Source of the DNA: an uncultured Planctomycetales bacterium
GTDB lineage: Bacteria > Omnitrophota > Gorgyraeia > Zapsychrales > JBDRMG01
Reading direction: 5' to 3'
Length of the DNA: 64,000 nt
Assembly: GCA_964478715.1 (NCBI GenBank)
Contig: CAYZIY010000001.1
Coordinates: 213,196-277,195, forward strand
The translations under genes and the position numbers were made by a program. The notes below the pieces were generated by a model, which had not been told where the DNA came from, did no database searches, and saw only the letters and a program-made list of their open reading frames with translations. This document shows positions 39,280 through 48,138 of the stretch, piece by piece (positions within the stretch are counted from its first letter, which is position 1; every line of letters starts with the position of its first letter).

Positions 39280-40470
39280 ATGTCTGTCAAAAGACGTAAA
39301 AGAAAATTAAGCATCGCCCATTTTCACTGGGGTTTTCCGCCGATTATTGGCGGAGTGGAGACTCACTTAACCATTCTTCTTCCAGCTTTTGCCTGTCGGG
39401 GTCATAAAGTGAGTTTACTCACCGGAAGCTTCGAAAGCGTTCCTATGGAAGATACTTATCGCGGTGTTCACATCAGGCGTACTCCGCTTATGGATCTCAA
39501 TTGGTTGGTGAAAAGAGGATTAAATGGACTGGAAAATGATATCAAAAAATGCTTTCTTCGATTTGTCAACGAATTCAAGCCGGACATTTTGCATGCTCAC
39601 AATATGAATTATTTCAGCAAGGTTCATGCCCTGGCCCTTGAGGATATTGCCCGCAAAAAAGGGATTCCGCTTCTTTTGACCGCCCATAATGCCTGGGATG
39701 ATGAACTCTTTCTGGATCTGACCATCAAAATAAACTGGAGCCATATTATTTCGGTGAGTCATTTTATCGAAAGAGAAATTTTGGGTTTGGGCTATTCGCA
39801 CCGGAAGGTTACAACGGTTCATCATGGGATTGACGAAAAAATGTTTCATCCGAAACTTAATCCCAAACCGATCTTTAAAAAATATCCCCAGCTGAAAGAC
39901 AAAAAAATTATCTTTCATCCGGCCCGCATGGGTTTAGCCAAAGGCTGCGATGTGAGCATCAAGGCCATGAATTCTGTGATCAAGCGGTTTCCCCGGACCA
40001 TGCTGGTTTTGGCCGGGACAAAGAATATTATCGACTGGAAGCAAACGCAGCAGAAAGATATTGCGTATATGCTGCATCTAATTGATATTTTCAAAATCAA
40101 AAATAATGTGTTGATTGACATCTATGCCTTGGATGAAATGCCGAGGCTTTATGCCGCTTCCGATGTCTGTATCTATCCTTCCAGTGCCTTTGAGCCTTTT
40201 GGTTTGACGATGCTCGAATCTATGGCCTGCGCCAAGCCGATGATTGTCAGTAATATGGGCGGCATGCCGGAAATTATCCGCGACAGCATTAATGGTTTTG
40301 TTATTCCGGTTAAAGATTTCGAAGAATTGACTAACAGGATTATTCAGTTGTTGTCCGATGAGACCTTATGTGATCGACTGGGAAGTACGGGCCGCTTGAT
40401 GGTTGAAAAAGGATTTACCCGTAAACAAGTGGCCGATTCTACTTTGAGCCTTTACCGCAGGTATTGTTAA
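39280..40470 (+). CDS. GT4 glycosyltransferase
   Basis: GGVETH, PARM..KG, EPFGLTMLESMA. Confidence 0.9.
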   Translation: MSVKRRKRKLSIAHFHWGFPPIIGGVETHLTILLPAFACRGHKVSLLTGSFESVPMEDTYRGVHIRRTPLMDLNWLVKRGLNGLENDIKKCFLRFVNEFKPDILHAHNMNYFSKVHALALEDIARKKGIPLLLTAHNAWDDELFLDLTIKINWSHIISVSHFIEREILGLGYSHRKVTTVHHGIDEKMFHPKLNPKPIFKKYPQLKDKKIIFHPARMGLAKGCDVSIKAMNSVIKRFPRTMLVLAGTKNIIDWKQTQQKDIAYMLHLIDIFKIKNNVLIDIYALDEMPRLYAASDVCIYPSSAFEPFGLTMLESMACAKPMIVSNMGGMPEIIRDSINGFVIPVKDFEELTNRIIQLLSDETLCDRLGSTGRLMVEKGFTRKQVADSTLSLYRRYC

Positions 40471-40491
40471 AATCGCTTGAACATCTTCTGC

Positions 40492-41463
40492 ATGATGAGA
40501 GAAACACAAATCTTTCCGCCTCAAATCAAGAAAAATCCTAAATATGGTTCCCTGGAGCCGCTTGTGCTGGCCCAGCAGCAGAGTCGCTTTCCATTGAATC
40601 CGAATGTTTTCTTTTTTCGCGAAGCTCCCTTAATCGTCGAGATCGGTTTTGGGTTAGGAGATTTTCTGATTGGACAGGCTCTTAGCCACTCGCAACAGAA
40701 CTTTTTAGGTATCGAATATCAGTGGATGCCTGTCTACAAGACTCTTAAAAAGATCCATAAACACAGAATCGAGAATATTCGCATTCTTTTTCTCGATGCG
40801 CGTTTCGCCTTCAAGGTTGTTTTCGCTCCCCGAAGTATTACCAAAATCTATGCGCTTTTTGCAGATCCCTGGTTTAAAAAAAGACATATCCAGCATCGAT
40901 TATTTTCAAAATCATTTCTCAAGAACATGCATCGGTGTTTGAAAATAAACGGGCAAGCGGAAGTTGTGACCGATGATCAATACTATTGCGACTGGATTTG
41001 GGGCCAACTGGCAGGAATCGATTTGCACAAAAAGTATTCCAAAATCGCTCCCGGTTTTAACACGAAATATGAACGAAAATGGATTAAGGCCGGGGTGAGA
41101 AAATTTCATCAGATTCTATTAGAGAAAGAGAAGGATATCGCAAAAGAAACAATTAGGGAGGAGGCTATTTTGAAAACATATTGGCTCAATGAATTTGATC
41201 CGGAGAGATTATCTCTGCAAGATATTCGCCAAGACTTGGCGGTTACTTTCAAAGAATTTCTTTTTGATTCCAAGAAAAAGACTGGCATGATTTACGCGAT
41301 TGCCCGAGAAGGTCACTGTTCTCAGGAATTCTGGATTACCGTAAAAAAGGCCGGTCAGCGCTGGAAAATAGCCTTAAGCGAAGGCTGTCTGGTCTTGCCC
41401 ACCGAAGGGGTGCATTGTTCTCTTGAAGCGGTTTACCGGGCCTGTTTGCAAACTACACCTTGA
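40492..41463 (+). CDS. trmB: tRNA (guanine-N7)-methyltransferase with C-terminal extension
   Basis: VEIGFGLG, FADPWFKKRH..RL, TDD, TKYERKW. Confidence 0.9.
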   Translation: MMRETQIFPPQIKKNPKYGSLEPLVLAQQQSRFPLNPNVFFFREAPLIVEIGFGLGDFLIGQALSHSQQNFLGIEYQWMPVYKTLKKIHKHRIENIRILFLDARFAFKVVFAPRSITKIYALFADPWFKKRHIQHRLFSKSFLKNMHRCLKINGQAEVVTDDQYYCDWIWGQLAGIDLHKKYSKIAPGFNTKYERKWIKAGVRKFHQILLEKEKDIAKETIREEAILKTYWLNEFDPERLSLQDIRQDLAVTFKEFLFDSKKKTGMIYAIAREGHCSQEFWITVKKAGQRWKIALSEGCLVLPTEGVHCSLEAVYRACLQTTP

Positions 41464-41528
41464 AGATCAAGAAAAAGAGGAATAGCGCTTGTTTTTCTGT
41501 TTAATCCCCCATACGATAAATTATCGGT

Positions 41529-42455
41529 ATGAATAAATCACTTTCGCATGTGACTCTCTTTTTTAAAGGCTTCTGCATCGGAGTGGCCAATATCATTCCG
41601 GGTGTTTCCGGCGGGACTATGGCCTTCATCTTGGGTATTTATGAAGATCTTCTTGATGCAATTCGGTCCTTTGACAGAAAATTCTTTACGGATTTATTGG
41701 CCCTGAAGCTTGCAGCGGTTTGCCATCGACCTGCATGGATTTTCTTGGGATTAGTTATTCTAGGGGTCCTCTCAGCCACTTTTTCATTATCAAGACTGCT
41801 GGATTGGCTTTTAAACGAACATGCTGTCAGTGTTTACGGTTTTTTCTTTGGGTTGATTATTTCTTCCGTTATTTTGGTGTCCCGGGCGGTTAAAAAATGG
41901 AACTCGCTGGTCATTATCGGCCTGGTGCTTAGTTCAATTATATCTTTCTTCCTGGTGGGGCTAGTTCCCGTACAGACACCACAGGCCTCATGGTTTGTGT
42001 TTTTGGCCGGAGCACTGGCCATTTGCGCCATGATTTTACCTGGAATATCCGGGGCCTTTATTCTCCTTCTCATTGGAAAATATCAATACATCCTTTCGGC
42101 GATCAATGATCGCGACGTCACGATCCTTTCTGTTTTCGGGGCCGGTGCCGGCATCGGCTTGTTTCTTTTTTCTCATTTTCTGGGATGGCTGCTAAGACGC
42201 TGGCATGATCTGGTGATGATTATCTTAACAGGACTGATGATCGGCAGTTTAAGGAAAATATGGCCCTGGAAGCAGACTCTGCAATTTATAATAGATGCCC
42301 GAGGCGAGATCATTCCTCTTGTACAAAGAAATATCATTCCGAATTTGAACGATCCCCAAACGCTCGGAACTGTTTTGTTGGCGTTCTTTGGATTTCTATC
42401 TGCTTTTGGATTAGAATTACTTTCGCAAAATGAAAAAGGGAAGGATCTACGATGA
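41529..42455 (+). CDS. DUF368 family (undecaprenyl-phosphate translocase-like) protein
   Basis: IIPGVSGGT and ILPGISG repeats, KIWPW. Confidence 0.88.
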   Translation: MNKSLSHVTLFFKGFCIGVANIIPGVSGGTMAFILGIYEDLLDAIRSFDRKFFTDLLALKLAAVCHRPAWIFLGLVILGVLSATFSLSRLLDWLLNEHAVSVYGFFFGLIISSVILVSRAVKKWNSLVIIGLVLSSIISFFLVGLVPVQTPQASWFVFLAGALAICAMILPGISGAFILLLIGKYQYILSAINDRDVTILSVFGAGAGIGLFLFSHFLGWLLRRWHDLVMIILTGLMIGSLRKIWPWKQTLQFIIDARGEIIPLVQRNIIPNLNDPQTLGTVLLAFFGFLSAFGLELLSQNEKGKDLR

Positions 42456-43618
42456 AAAGAAATGAGGCCTATACGATTCCGGAAATCATGACTGTTTTGG
42501 TGCTTTTTGTCCTGATCGGGCTAGCGATTTTGACCGCTTTCAATGTGGTTAAAAATTCCTACTTTCGGGGAGTAACCCAAATTGAACTTCAGGATAAAGC
42601 TCGTTTTGCCTCAGCCCGAGTAACCAGTGAATTGTCCATTTCGGCACCTAGCCGGGTTTCTCTTTATCGCTGTCCTGATTCTCCCGATAATGTTTGTCAC
42701 GGCGGTGTCGTGGCTTTCCAGACGCCGGTTGTCAATGATTTTGTTATTGCCGGAAGCATTTATAAACGGCCTGTCGGGGCAAGACGCTTGGCCAAATGGG
42801 GATACGATGGAAGAGAGGTTGATGAAAGAATTATTTACATGGTGCCTAAGGCCAATAATCCTCAGCTTGGCAGCTATGCGCATCAGTTGATTCGCTTGAC
42901 CCGTAAACCCTATTGCGGAGACGGTTTTTGCGATGTTTCTCACGGGGAGGATGAGGGGCTGACATTTTGCAGCGCCGATTGTCTTTGCGGTAATGGACAC
43001 TGCAGTCTATTGGAATCTGTAGATACATGTGAAGATGATTGTTTTTGCGGTAATGGAACGTGTGATATGGGAGAGGATGATGTTCTCTGTGGCCAAGATT
43101 GTTTTTGCGGAAACGGCCGCTGTGATCCCGGTGAAGCTGGCGCAGGTTGTGAGGATTGCAGTGATTGCGGCAACGGAATTTGTGAATCAGGTGAGAGTAA
43201 TGCCGGTTGCAGCATTGATTGCTCGTGTCCCAACGGGAGTTGTGATCCGGATGAAAATTCCGATACCTGTCCGGCCGATTGTCCTGTCGCATCTCTGAGA
43301 AATTTAGATATCCAATGGATAGAGGATTTTTTTGTCCAGAAGGCCTTTGCTCAGGACATTCCTGATCCACCGGATATTGCGGCCTATGAACAGTTACCCG
43401 ACTTGCTTGAAAAAAATAATTATTTTATCCGCGTTATTGCCGATAAAGTGCAGGCCATTTATTTTGAAGGTATTCCCGGCCCCGGGACAGGCGGAATGCG
43501 GGCGCCAGAAAATGTGAGGGTTTACATCAAGATGCAAAATTCGGGCAATCCATTTGCTCAAGAGTTAAATATATATCATATGGCTACAGCCCGATTGATC
43601 AATTCCGGGCTAGATTAA
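42452..43618 (+). CDS. Type IV pilin-like (PilW-like) protein with inserted Cys-rich repeats
   Basis: A|YTIPE plus hydrophobic helix; six CG(N/D)GxC..E..C..DC repeats. Confidence 0.75.
   Translation: MKRNEAYTIPEIMTVLVLFVLIGLAILTAFNVVKNSYFRGVTQIELQDKARFASARVTSELSISAPSRVSLYRCPDSPDNVCHGGVVAFQTPVVNDFVIAGSIYKRPVGARRLAKWGYDGREVDERIIYMVPKANNPQLGSYAHQLIRLTRKPYCGDGFCDVSHGEDEGLTFCSADCLCGNGHCSLLESVDTCEDDCFCGNGTCDMGEDDVLCGQDCFCGNGRCDPGEAGAGCEDCSDCGNGICESGESNAGCSIDCSCPNGSCDPDENSDTCPADCPVASLRNLDIQWIEDFFVQKAFAQDIPDPPDIAAYEQLPDLLEKNNYFIRVIADKVQAIYFEGIPGPGTGGMRAPENVRVYIKMQNSGNPFAQELNIYHMATARLINSGLD
42911..43282 (+). repeat. Six tandem ~20-aa Cys-rich repeats
   Basis: TGCGGNAAYGG-type nucleotide repeats at ~60-nt period. 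Confidence 0.85.
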
Positions 43619-43794
43619 TGAAAATAATAGGGGAGTCTTTGTTGTCGGTTTCTAGAATAAAATATTCGTAACTCATTTTATTGCATTAGATTGCATGCCA
43701 ATAATAGAATTTTATGGAAAACGGTTTCTCAATAATGATGTTTATGTTTAGTAATACTGGTTATCTTAAGGATATCAATTATACTTTTATCAAG

Positions 43795-43885
43795 AGGTTG
43801 AAAAAGGTTGTCCGCCGCAGTGTTATGGTGAACAGCAAAACTATAGGGCCCCTTGGATGGTATGGGTGCAACCAGTTGCCAACTA
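43795..43885 (+). ncRNA. Variant cyclic-di-GMP-I (GEMM-I)-like riboswitch aptamer
   Basis: P1 GGTTG/CAACT, AAAAAGG, GCAAAACTATAGGGCC...CCAGTTGCC; atypical P2. Confidence 0.55.
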
Positions 43886-43910
43886 AAAAGGAATTTTCTT
43901 GGTAAACATG

Positions 43911-43940
43911 ATCCATCCCGCTGGGGGATGGATTTTTTTT
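43911..43940 (+). terminator. Intrinsic terminator (likely riboswitch expression platform)
   Basis: ATCCATCCC-GCTGG-GGGATGGAT-TTTTTTT just upstream of the SD. Confidence 0.8.
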
Positions 43941-43951
43941 CGGAGAACAAG

Positions 43952-46762
43952 ATGAGTTGTTTGATATCATTAAAATGTCGAAATGAAAATGGCCAGGCTA
44001 TTCTTTTAGGCGTGATCGGTCTGACTCTTTTATTGGTGGGGGTGGCTACGGCTCATTTTATCCAAACGACCAACGCGGCTTTGGTTTTGCGGACAGAAAA
44101 TAAGAATAATATGGCTTTGTTCAATGCCCAAAGAGGATTGGAATATGTCGTTTATGAATTAGCTTTTGCAGCACCAGAGCCGATTAACTGGTTTACTCAC
44201 CAAGCTCAAAGTGATCAATCACTTGTTTATGCCGAAGGGAATTTTTTTGCAGAATATGGGATTCAGTTGGGAAATATAAACGAAATTTATTACGATGCGG
44301 ATAATCCGCAAGATAGCGGATATCGCTCTAAGTTGGATCAAGAAGTGCAGTTTATCGCGAAAATTTATAATGATCCTTCCAATATTTTAAATCAAGCTAA
44401 TAAGATCATATTGGTCAAAGGCATTAGCGGTGATACCCAACGCATGATTGCCAGCAGGGTGGACTTGACCTCTTTGTATGAATACTTTATTTTTGACCCC
44501 AATTCCGGGCGTAGCATTCGCGGTAATCTAGATGCTGGCGGAGGCCGCATTCATATCAATGGTGACGTGACGCTTTTCGGCAATGCCCAGATTTTTAATT
44601 TGGGGGAACTTAATGTCAACGGCTATTTTATATACGATTCTATACGTTTTTATGTTCCCATGTATGACACAACAGCTATTCCGGCAGGTGAAGTCGGAGG
44701 ACCCGCTGCGGGTGTTACGGGGATGTTTGTGGATGATCAATACCGGACATTGGCTCCTCGCTTTGACGATGGTCTTCCCGGGACGGTGACGTGGGCCCAG
44801 ATGCAGGGGATTGATGATGCCGATGGTAATCCGAATTGGAAAGTGGGAGCGTGCAGCGGAATGTCTGATGAGTCGCAATGCGCTTTTAGTGATTTGAGCG
44901 GTCCTCAAAAATACTATTCGCTGGAAAAACTGATTTATCACGCGAATCCATTTACTGGAAGCGGCATTGGGACGCTCCAGGGTGATCGCTGGGGATCTGT
45001 GTGCGAAAAAGGGAACACGGGTGTTTTTAGCGGCTGCGGAAGTACTTACGGCCGGGAGGAAGACGGCCATATCTGGGAATTTCGTCATCCGCATCTGTAT
45101 CCGGATTCATACATGTATAAGAATTACGGACAATCGGATGAAATGGTTGCGCCGACAAAAATTCAACCTGTTGGCGGCGGATCATTGATCCCTATCCCCA
45201 ATCGATTAAATACGAGCTATCGCTGGGATAAATATTATTTTGACGGGTCCCAGGGTCGTTCGAGAATGTATGACGGAGAACGCTATGCATATCCTCCGCC
45301 GGGTACATATGATCCACAGACCCAATGTCCCGAGCCTTATTGCGCGGACGTTCAATATTTGAATACAGAACTACAGGCTCAGGACTGGATTGATTTTTTG
45401 AGGTACGACAATGATAATGACGGGGACGGGATCGGCGATTTATACGGGGTGATTAAAGACAGAAATACCGGGGGAGAGCCGATTAGCCCTCCGGTTTTTG
45501 ATCAAGCCAGATATCAGTCAACTGCACAAAACGAAGGGATCTATATTAGAAATACTGTCCCATCGGATGAATGGAATAATTATGAATACCGTGGGTCAGA
45601 AACAGCATTGAGCCGAGTGAATACTTATTATCGGGATCCCGATAAGACTTTGGATAATAACGGAAGCTATGAAGTCTACATCAAGGGGGTTTCCGATCCC
45701 CTGGTTCCTGATAATGAAGGACAGATCAAAATGAATATTGAGGGAGATGAACTTGTATTATTTGAGAAGAAAGGCTTCTACAATACTCGCTCTACGCTCT
45801 GGACTCAGGTTATTCAGATGAACATTTGTAATCTCAAAAGGGCCATTGACGCGGGTGATTTGGAGTTGGACGAAAATATCTTTTACTCCGATTGGGGAGT
45901 GGCCTTAGCTTGCGCCGAAGAAATCATTGATGGAGGGATGACGGTGATTACCGAAGGAGATGCCTTTACCATCGGCAATGTCAATGTTGATACCGATGAT
46001 CCCAGTAATTTAGATAATCCAGGCTTTGAGCCGGCAGCCATCATAACCGATCGCATGTTTCAGGTTTTATCCGAAGATTTTAATTATCCTCAGGAATTAC
46101 CCGAGCTGGGCAATCACCCTGATTACGACCATAATTTCGGCTATGTCCCTGAGTCGGTCAATCGGCAGTGGATGCATGATCATGATCCGGACAATCCGGG
46201 GGACCCGACGGTTGAAGCCGTGATGCCCAATAAAGTCAGAAATGATGTTTATGTCAATATTTCGGTTCTGGGTGAAAGAGCCACTGACCAAGATGTAGGA
46301 TGGCATCTCGGTTTGGAAATGTGGTCATGGTATGAGGATTGGCTTAATGACGGGGAGGCCGATATCCATGAATTCGAAACATTTACCCGAGGCACGCGTT
46401 TGGATCTTCCTGATGGCGCTTTTGAATCCAAATTTGATTATGGCGGATTAGATATTTCGGTCAATCGCCGTTGCGATCCGACCTGCGGGGCAATTCCTAA
46501 TGGCTGGCCGAGCTGTCGAGGATGTTCGAACTATTGCGATGGGACCGATCCCGATAATCCCTGCCCGGGAAGCTCTACAGGTGTTTTTCCCATCATCTGC
46601 TGTGGTCATCGGAGTGGGCTTTTGGCTTGGGAAAATCGTTATTTGACGGATGGTTTCCCTCCTGGAGATTTACCGGGATTATCTCTAGAGGTCTGGTATC
46701 CCCTTCCCAATACGGAGGAAAACTGGACGACGCATTGCAAACTCTTACAAGGGAATGTGTGA
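43952..46762 (+). CDS. Large PilX-like pilus-tip/adhesin protein
   Basis: NENG|QAILL plus TM helix, AQRGLE, IHING; DNDNDGDGIGD Ca loop; Cys-rich C-terminus; GGAG SD. Confidence 0.7.
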   Translation: MSCLISLKCRNENGQAILLGVIGLTLLLVGVATAHFIQTTNAALVLRTENKNNMALFNAQRGLEYVVYELAFAAPEPINWFTHQAQSDQSLVYAEGNFFAEYGIQLGNINEIYYDADNPQDSGYRSKLDQEVQFIAKIYNDPSNILNQANKIILVKGISGDTQRMIASRVDLTSLYEYFIFDPNSGRSIRGNLDAGGGRIHINGDVTLFGNAQIFNLGELNVNGYFIYDSIRFYVPMYDTTAIPAGEVGGPAAGVTGMFVDDQYRTLAPRFDDGLPGTVTWAQMQGIDDADGNPNWKVGACSGMSDESQCAFSDLSGPQKYYSLEKLIYHANPFTGSGIGTLQGDRWGSVCEKGNTGVFSGCGSTYGREEDGHIWEFRHPHLYPDSYMYKNYGQSDEMVAPTKIQPVGGGSLIPIPNRLNTSYRWDKYYFDGSQGRSRMYDGERYAYPPPGTYDPQTQCPEPYCADVQYLNTELQAQDWIDFLRYDNDNDGDGIGDLYGVIKDRNTGGEPISPPVFDQARYQSTAQNEGIYIRNTVPSDEWNNYEYRGSETALSRVNTYYRDPDKTLDNNGSYEVYIKGVSDPLVPDNEGQIKMNIEGDELVLFEKKGFYNTRSTLWTQVIQMNICNLKRAIDAGDLELDENIFYSDWGVALACAEEIIDGGMTVITEGDAFTIGNVNVDTDDPSNLDNPGFEPAAIITDRMFQVLSEDFNYPQELPELGNHPDYDHNFGYVPESVNRQWMHDHDPDNPGDPTVEAVMPNKVRNDVYVNISVLGERATDQDVGWHLGLEMWSWYEDWLNDGEADIHEFETFTRGTRLDLPDGAFESKFDYGGLDISVNRRCDPTCGAIPNGWPSCRGCSNYCDGTDPDNPCPGSSTGVFPIICCGHRSGLLAWENRYLTDGFPPGDLPGLSLEVWYPLPNTEENWTTHCKLLQGNV

Positions 46763-46805
46763 TACTGTGATACGTGAATAATTAATTTTATAGATTCCCT
46801 TAAGC

Positions 46806-47375
46806 TTGGCCCTTGACTTGAGCGAATTTTCTAAGCGTTTTTGGCAACCGCCTTTAACAACCGAAAATTTTGTCGAAGCTTTGTTGAGACCTGCGATTTT
46901 CGGCCGGTTTTCCCCTGGATTCCTTCTTTCAAATATTTCCTGCCGACTAGGTATATTTCTTTTGCTTCTGGAAACCGGTCGGGAGATCGATTTTTCGGTG
47001 GCCTGAAGACAGAAAGGGAGATACGCTGGCTATTTCCACCATGGGCGTTATCGCATCGCTTGTGATAGGAATTCTCTTAAGCTTGATGTTGCCTGATAAA
47101 TATTTAATTGATTCTGGCCAGAGAATTATTTTTGCTTTGCTTATGGCCACATTGATCGATGTTTTTCTCAGAAAAATTAGCAACAAAAGTTTTCCAGAAT
47201 CACGAACAATGTTGACGATTAGCTACTCCCGGGGGATGCTATTCGGCAGAATCGCCCAGCAGATGGGCGTCCATGGTCTGTTTGGTTTTTTCTTGGCTTG
47301 TGTGGTTGCCGGGTAGTCCAAGGCTCTTTCAGAAAAAAACACGTCAGGTCATTTCCCAGATGGTCTTTGCGATAA
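46806..47375 (+). pseudogene. Decayed cation:proton antiporter (Kef/CPA2-like) fragments
   Basis: FWQPPLT..LLRPAIFGRF, LLLETGREIDFS, GVHGLFGFFLA, SKALSE/RQVISQMVF broken by stops and frameshifts. Confidence 0.6.
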
Positions 47376-47518
47376 TCCGCCAGGAGGTTGAAGAATCGGC
47401 TCTTTCCGATACAGAGGATTGATTGCACATGTTCGCGTTTGATTTCGCCGTTAAGATACTGCTGGATAAGATCTTTGACTTGTTCATTAGTAGATTTTTT
47501 GTGGATTTGTTTTGCCAT
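47360..47518 (-). mobile_element. Truncated transposase N-terminal HTH fragment
   Basis: MAKQIHKKSTNEQVKDLIQQYL...ILCIGKSRFFNLLADYR resembles ISNCY/IS481-type N-termini; GGAAGG upstream; no catalytic domain. Confidence 0.55.
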
Positions 47519-47701
47519 ACAGGGCTTCCTTTCCATAGAGGTCAAGTATGACTTAAAGGTGTTCACTTTTTAATAGAAATCTCTTTAAAAACTGTCCATT
47601 TTTAATTTGGAAATGATAAAGCTAAATATCTTGCTTTTCTTTTGTGATATTTTTGTTAAAATAATAAAGATAGAACATAATAAAAAAAGGTAGGATACGC
47701 T

Positions 47702-48103
47702 ATGGCAAAAAAAATTCTTGTTGTCGATGATGACCCAACCGTTGTACACTTGATCCAATCTCGCATGGAAGTCAACGGGTATGAAGTGATCTCCGCTTCC
47801 GATGGAGAAGAGGGCTTGAAATTTGTTCGGGATTATGAGCCGAATTTGGTTTTGCTTGACGTGATTCTGCCAAAAATGGATGGGTATACTTTTGTTAAAG
47901 AATTTAAAAAGATTGCAGATCTGAAAACCATTCCCGTCATTGTCATGACCGTTAAAAGCCAGCTTCAGGATCTCTTCAAGCAAGAAGGCATTGAGGCCTA
48001 TATTATCAAACCCATCAAGCTTCAGGATTTATTGAAAAAGGTCGAGTCTTATATCGGACCCGCTCAAGGCCCAAGCAATCCGCAATCCCAGCAAGGAACA
48101 TAA
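47702..48103 (+). CDS. Single-domain response regulator (no insertion)
   Basis: VDDD, LLDVILP, IKP. Confidence 0.9.
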   Translation: MAKKILVVDDDPTVVHLIQSRMEVNGYEVISASDGEEGLKFVRDYEPNLVLLDVILPKMDGYTFVKEFKKIADLKTIPVIVMTVKSQLQDLFKQEGIEAYIIKPIKLQDLLKKVESYIGPAQGPSNPQSQQGT

Positions 48104-48138
48104 GAACTTATCCATTGGTTCAAATTGACGTCGAGAAA

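Noticed and set aside
42911-43282. ~60-nt periodic repeats as a CRISPR array
   Set aside because: Degenerate in-frame coding repeats with no constant repeat/unique spacer pattern
43714-43970. Small ORFs and the 43853 start of the PilX-like gene
   Set aside because: They overlap the riboswitch-like element and terminator; the SD supports 43952
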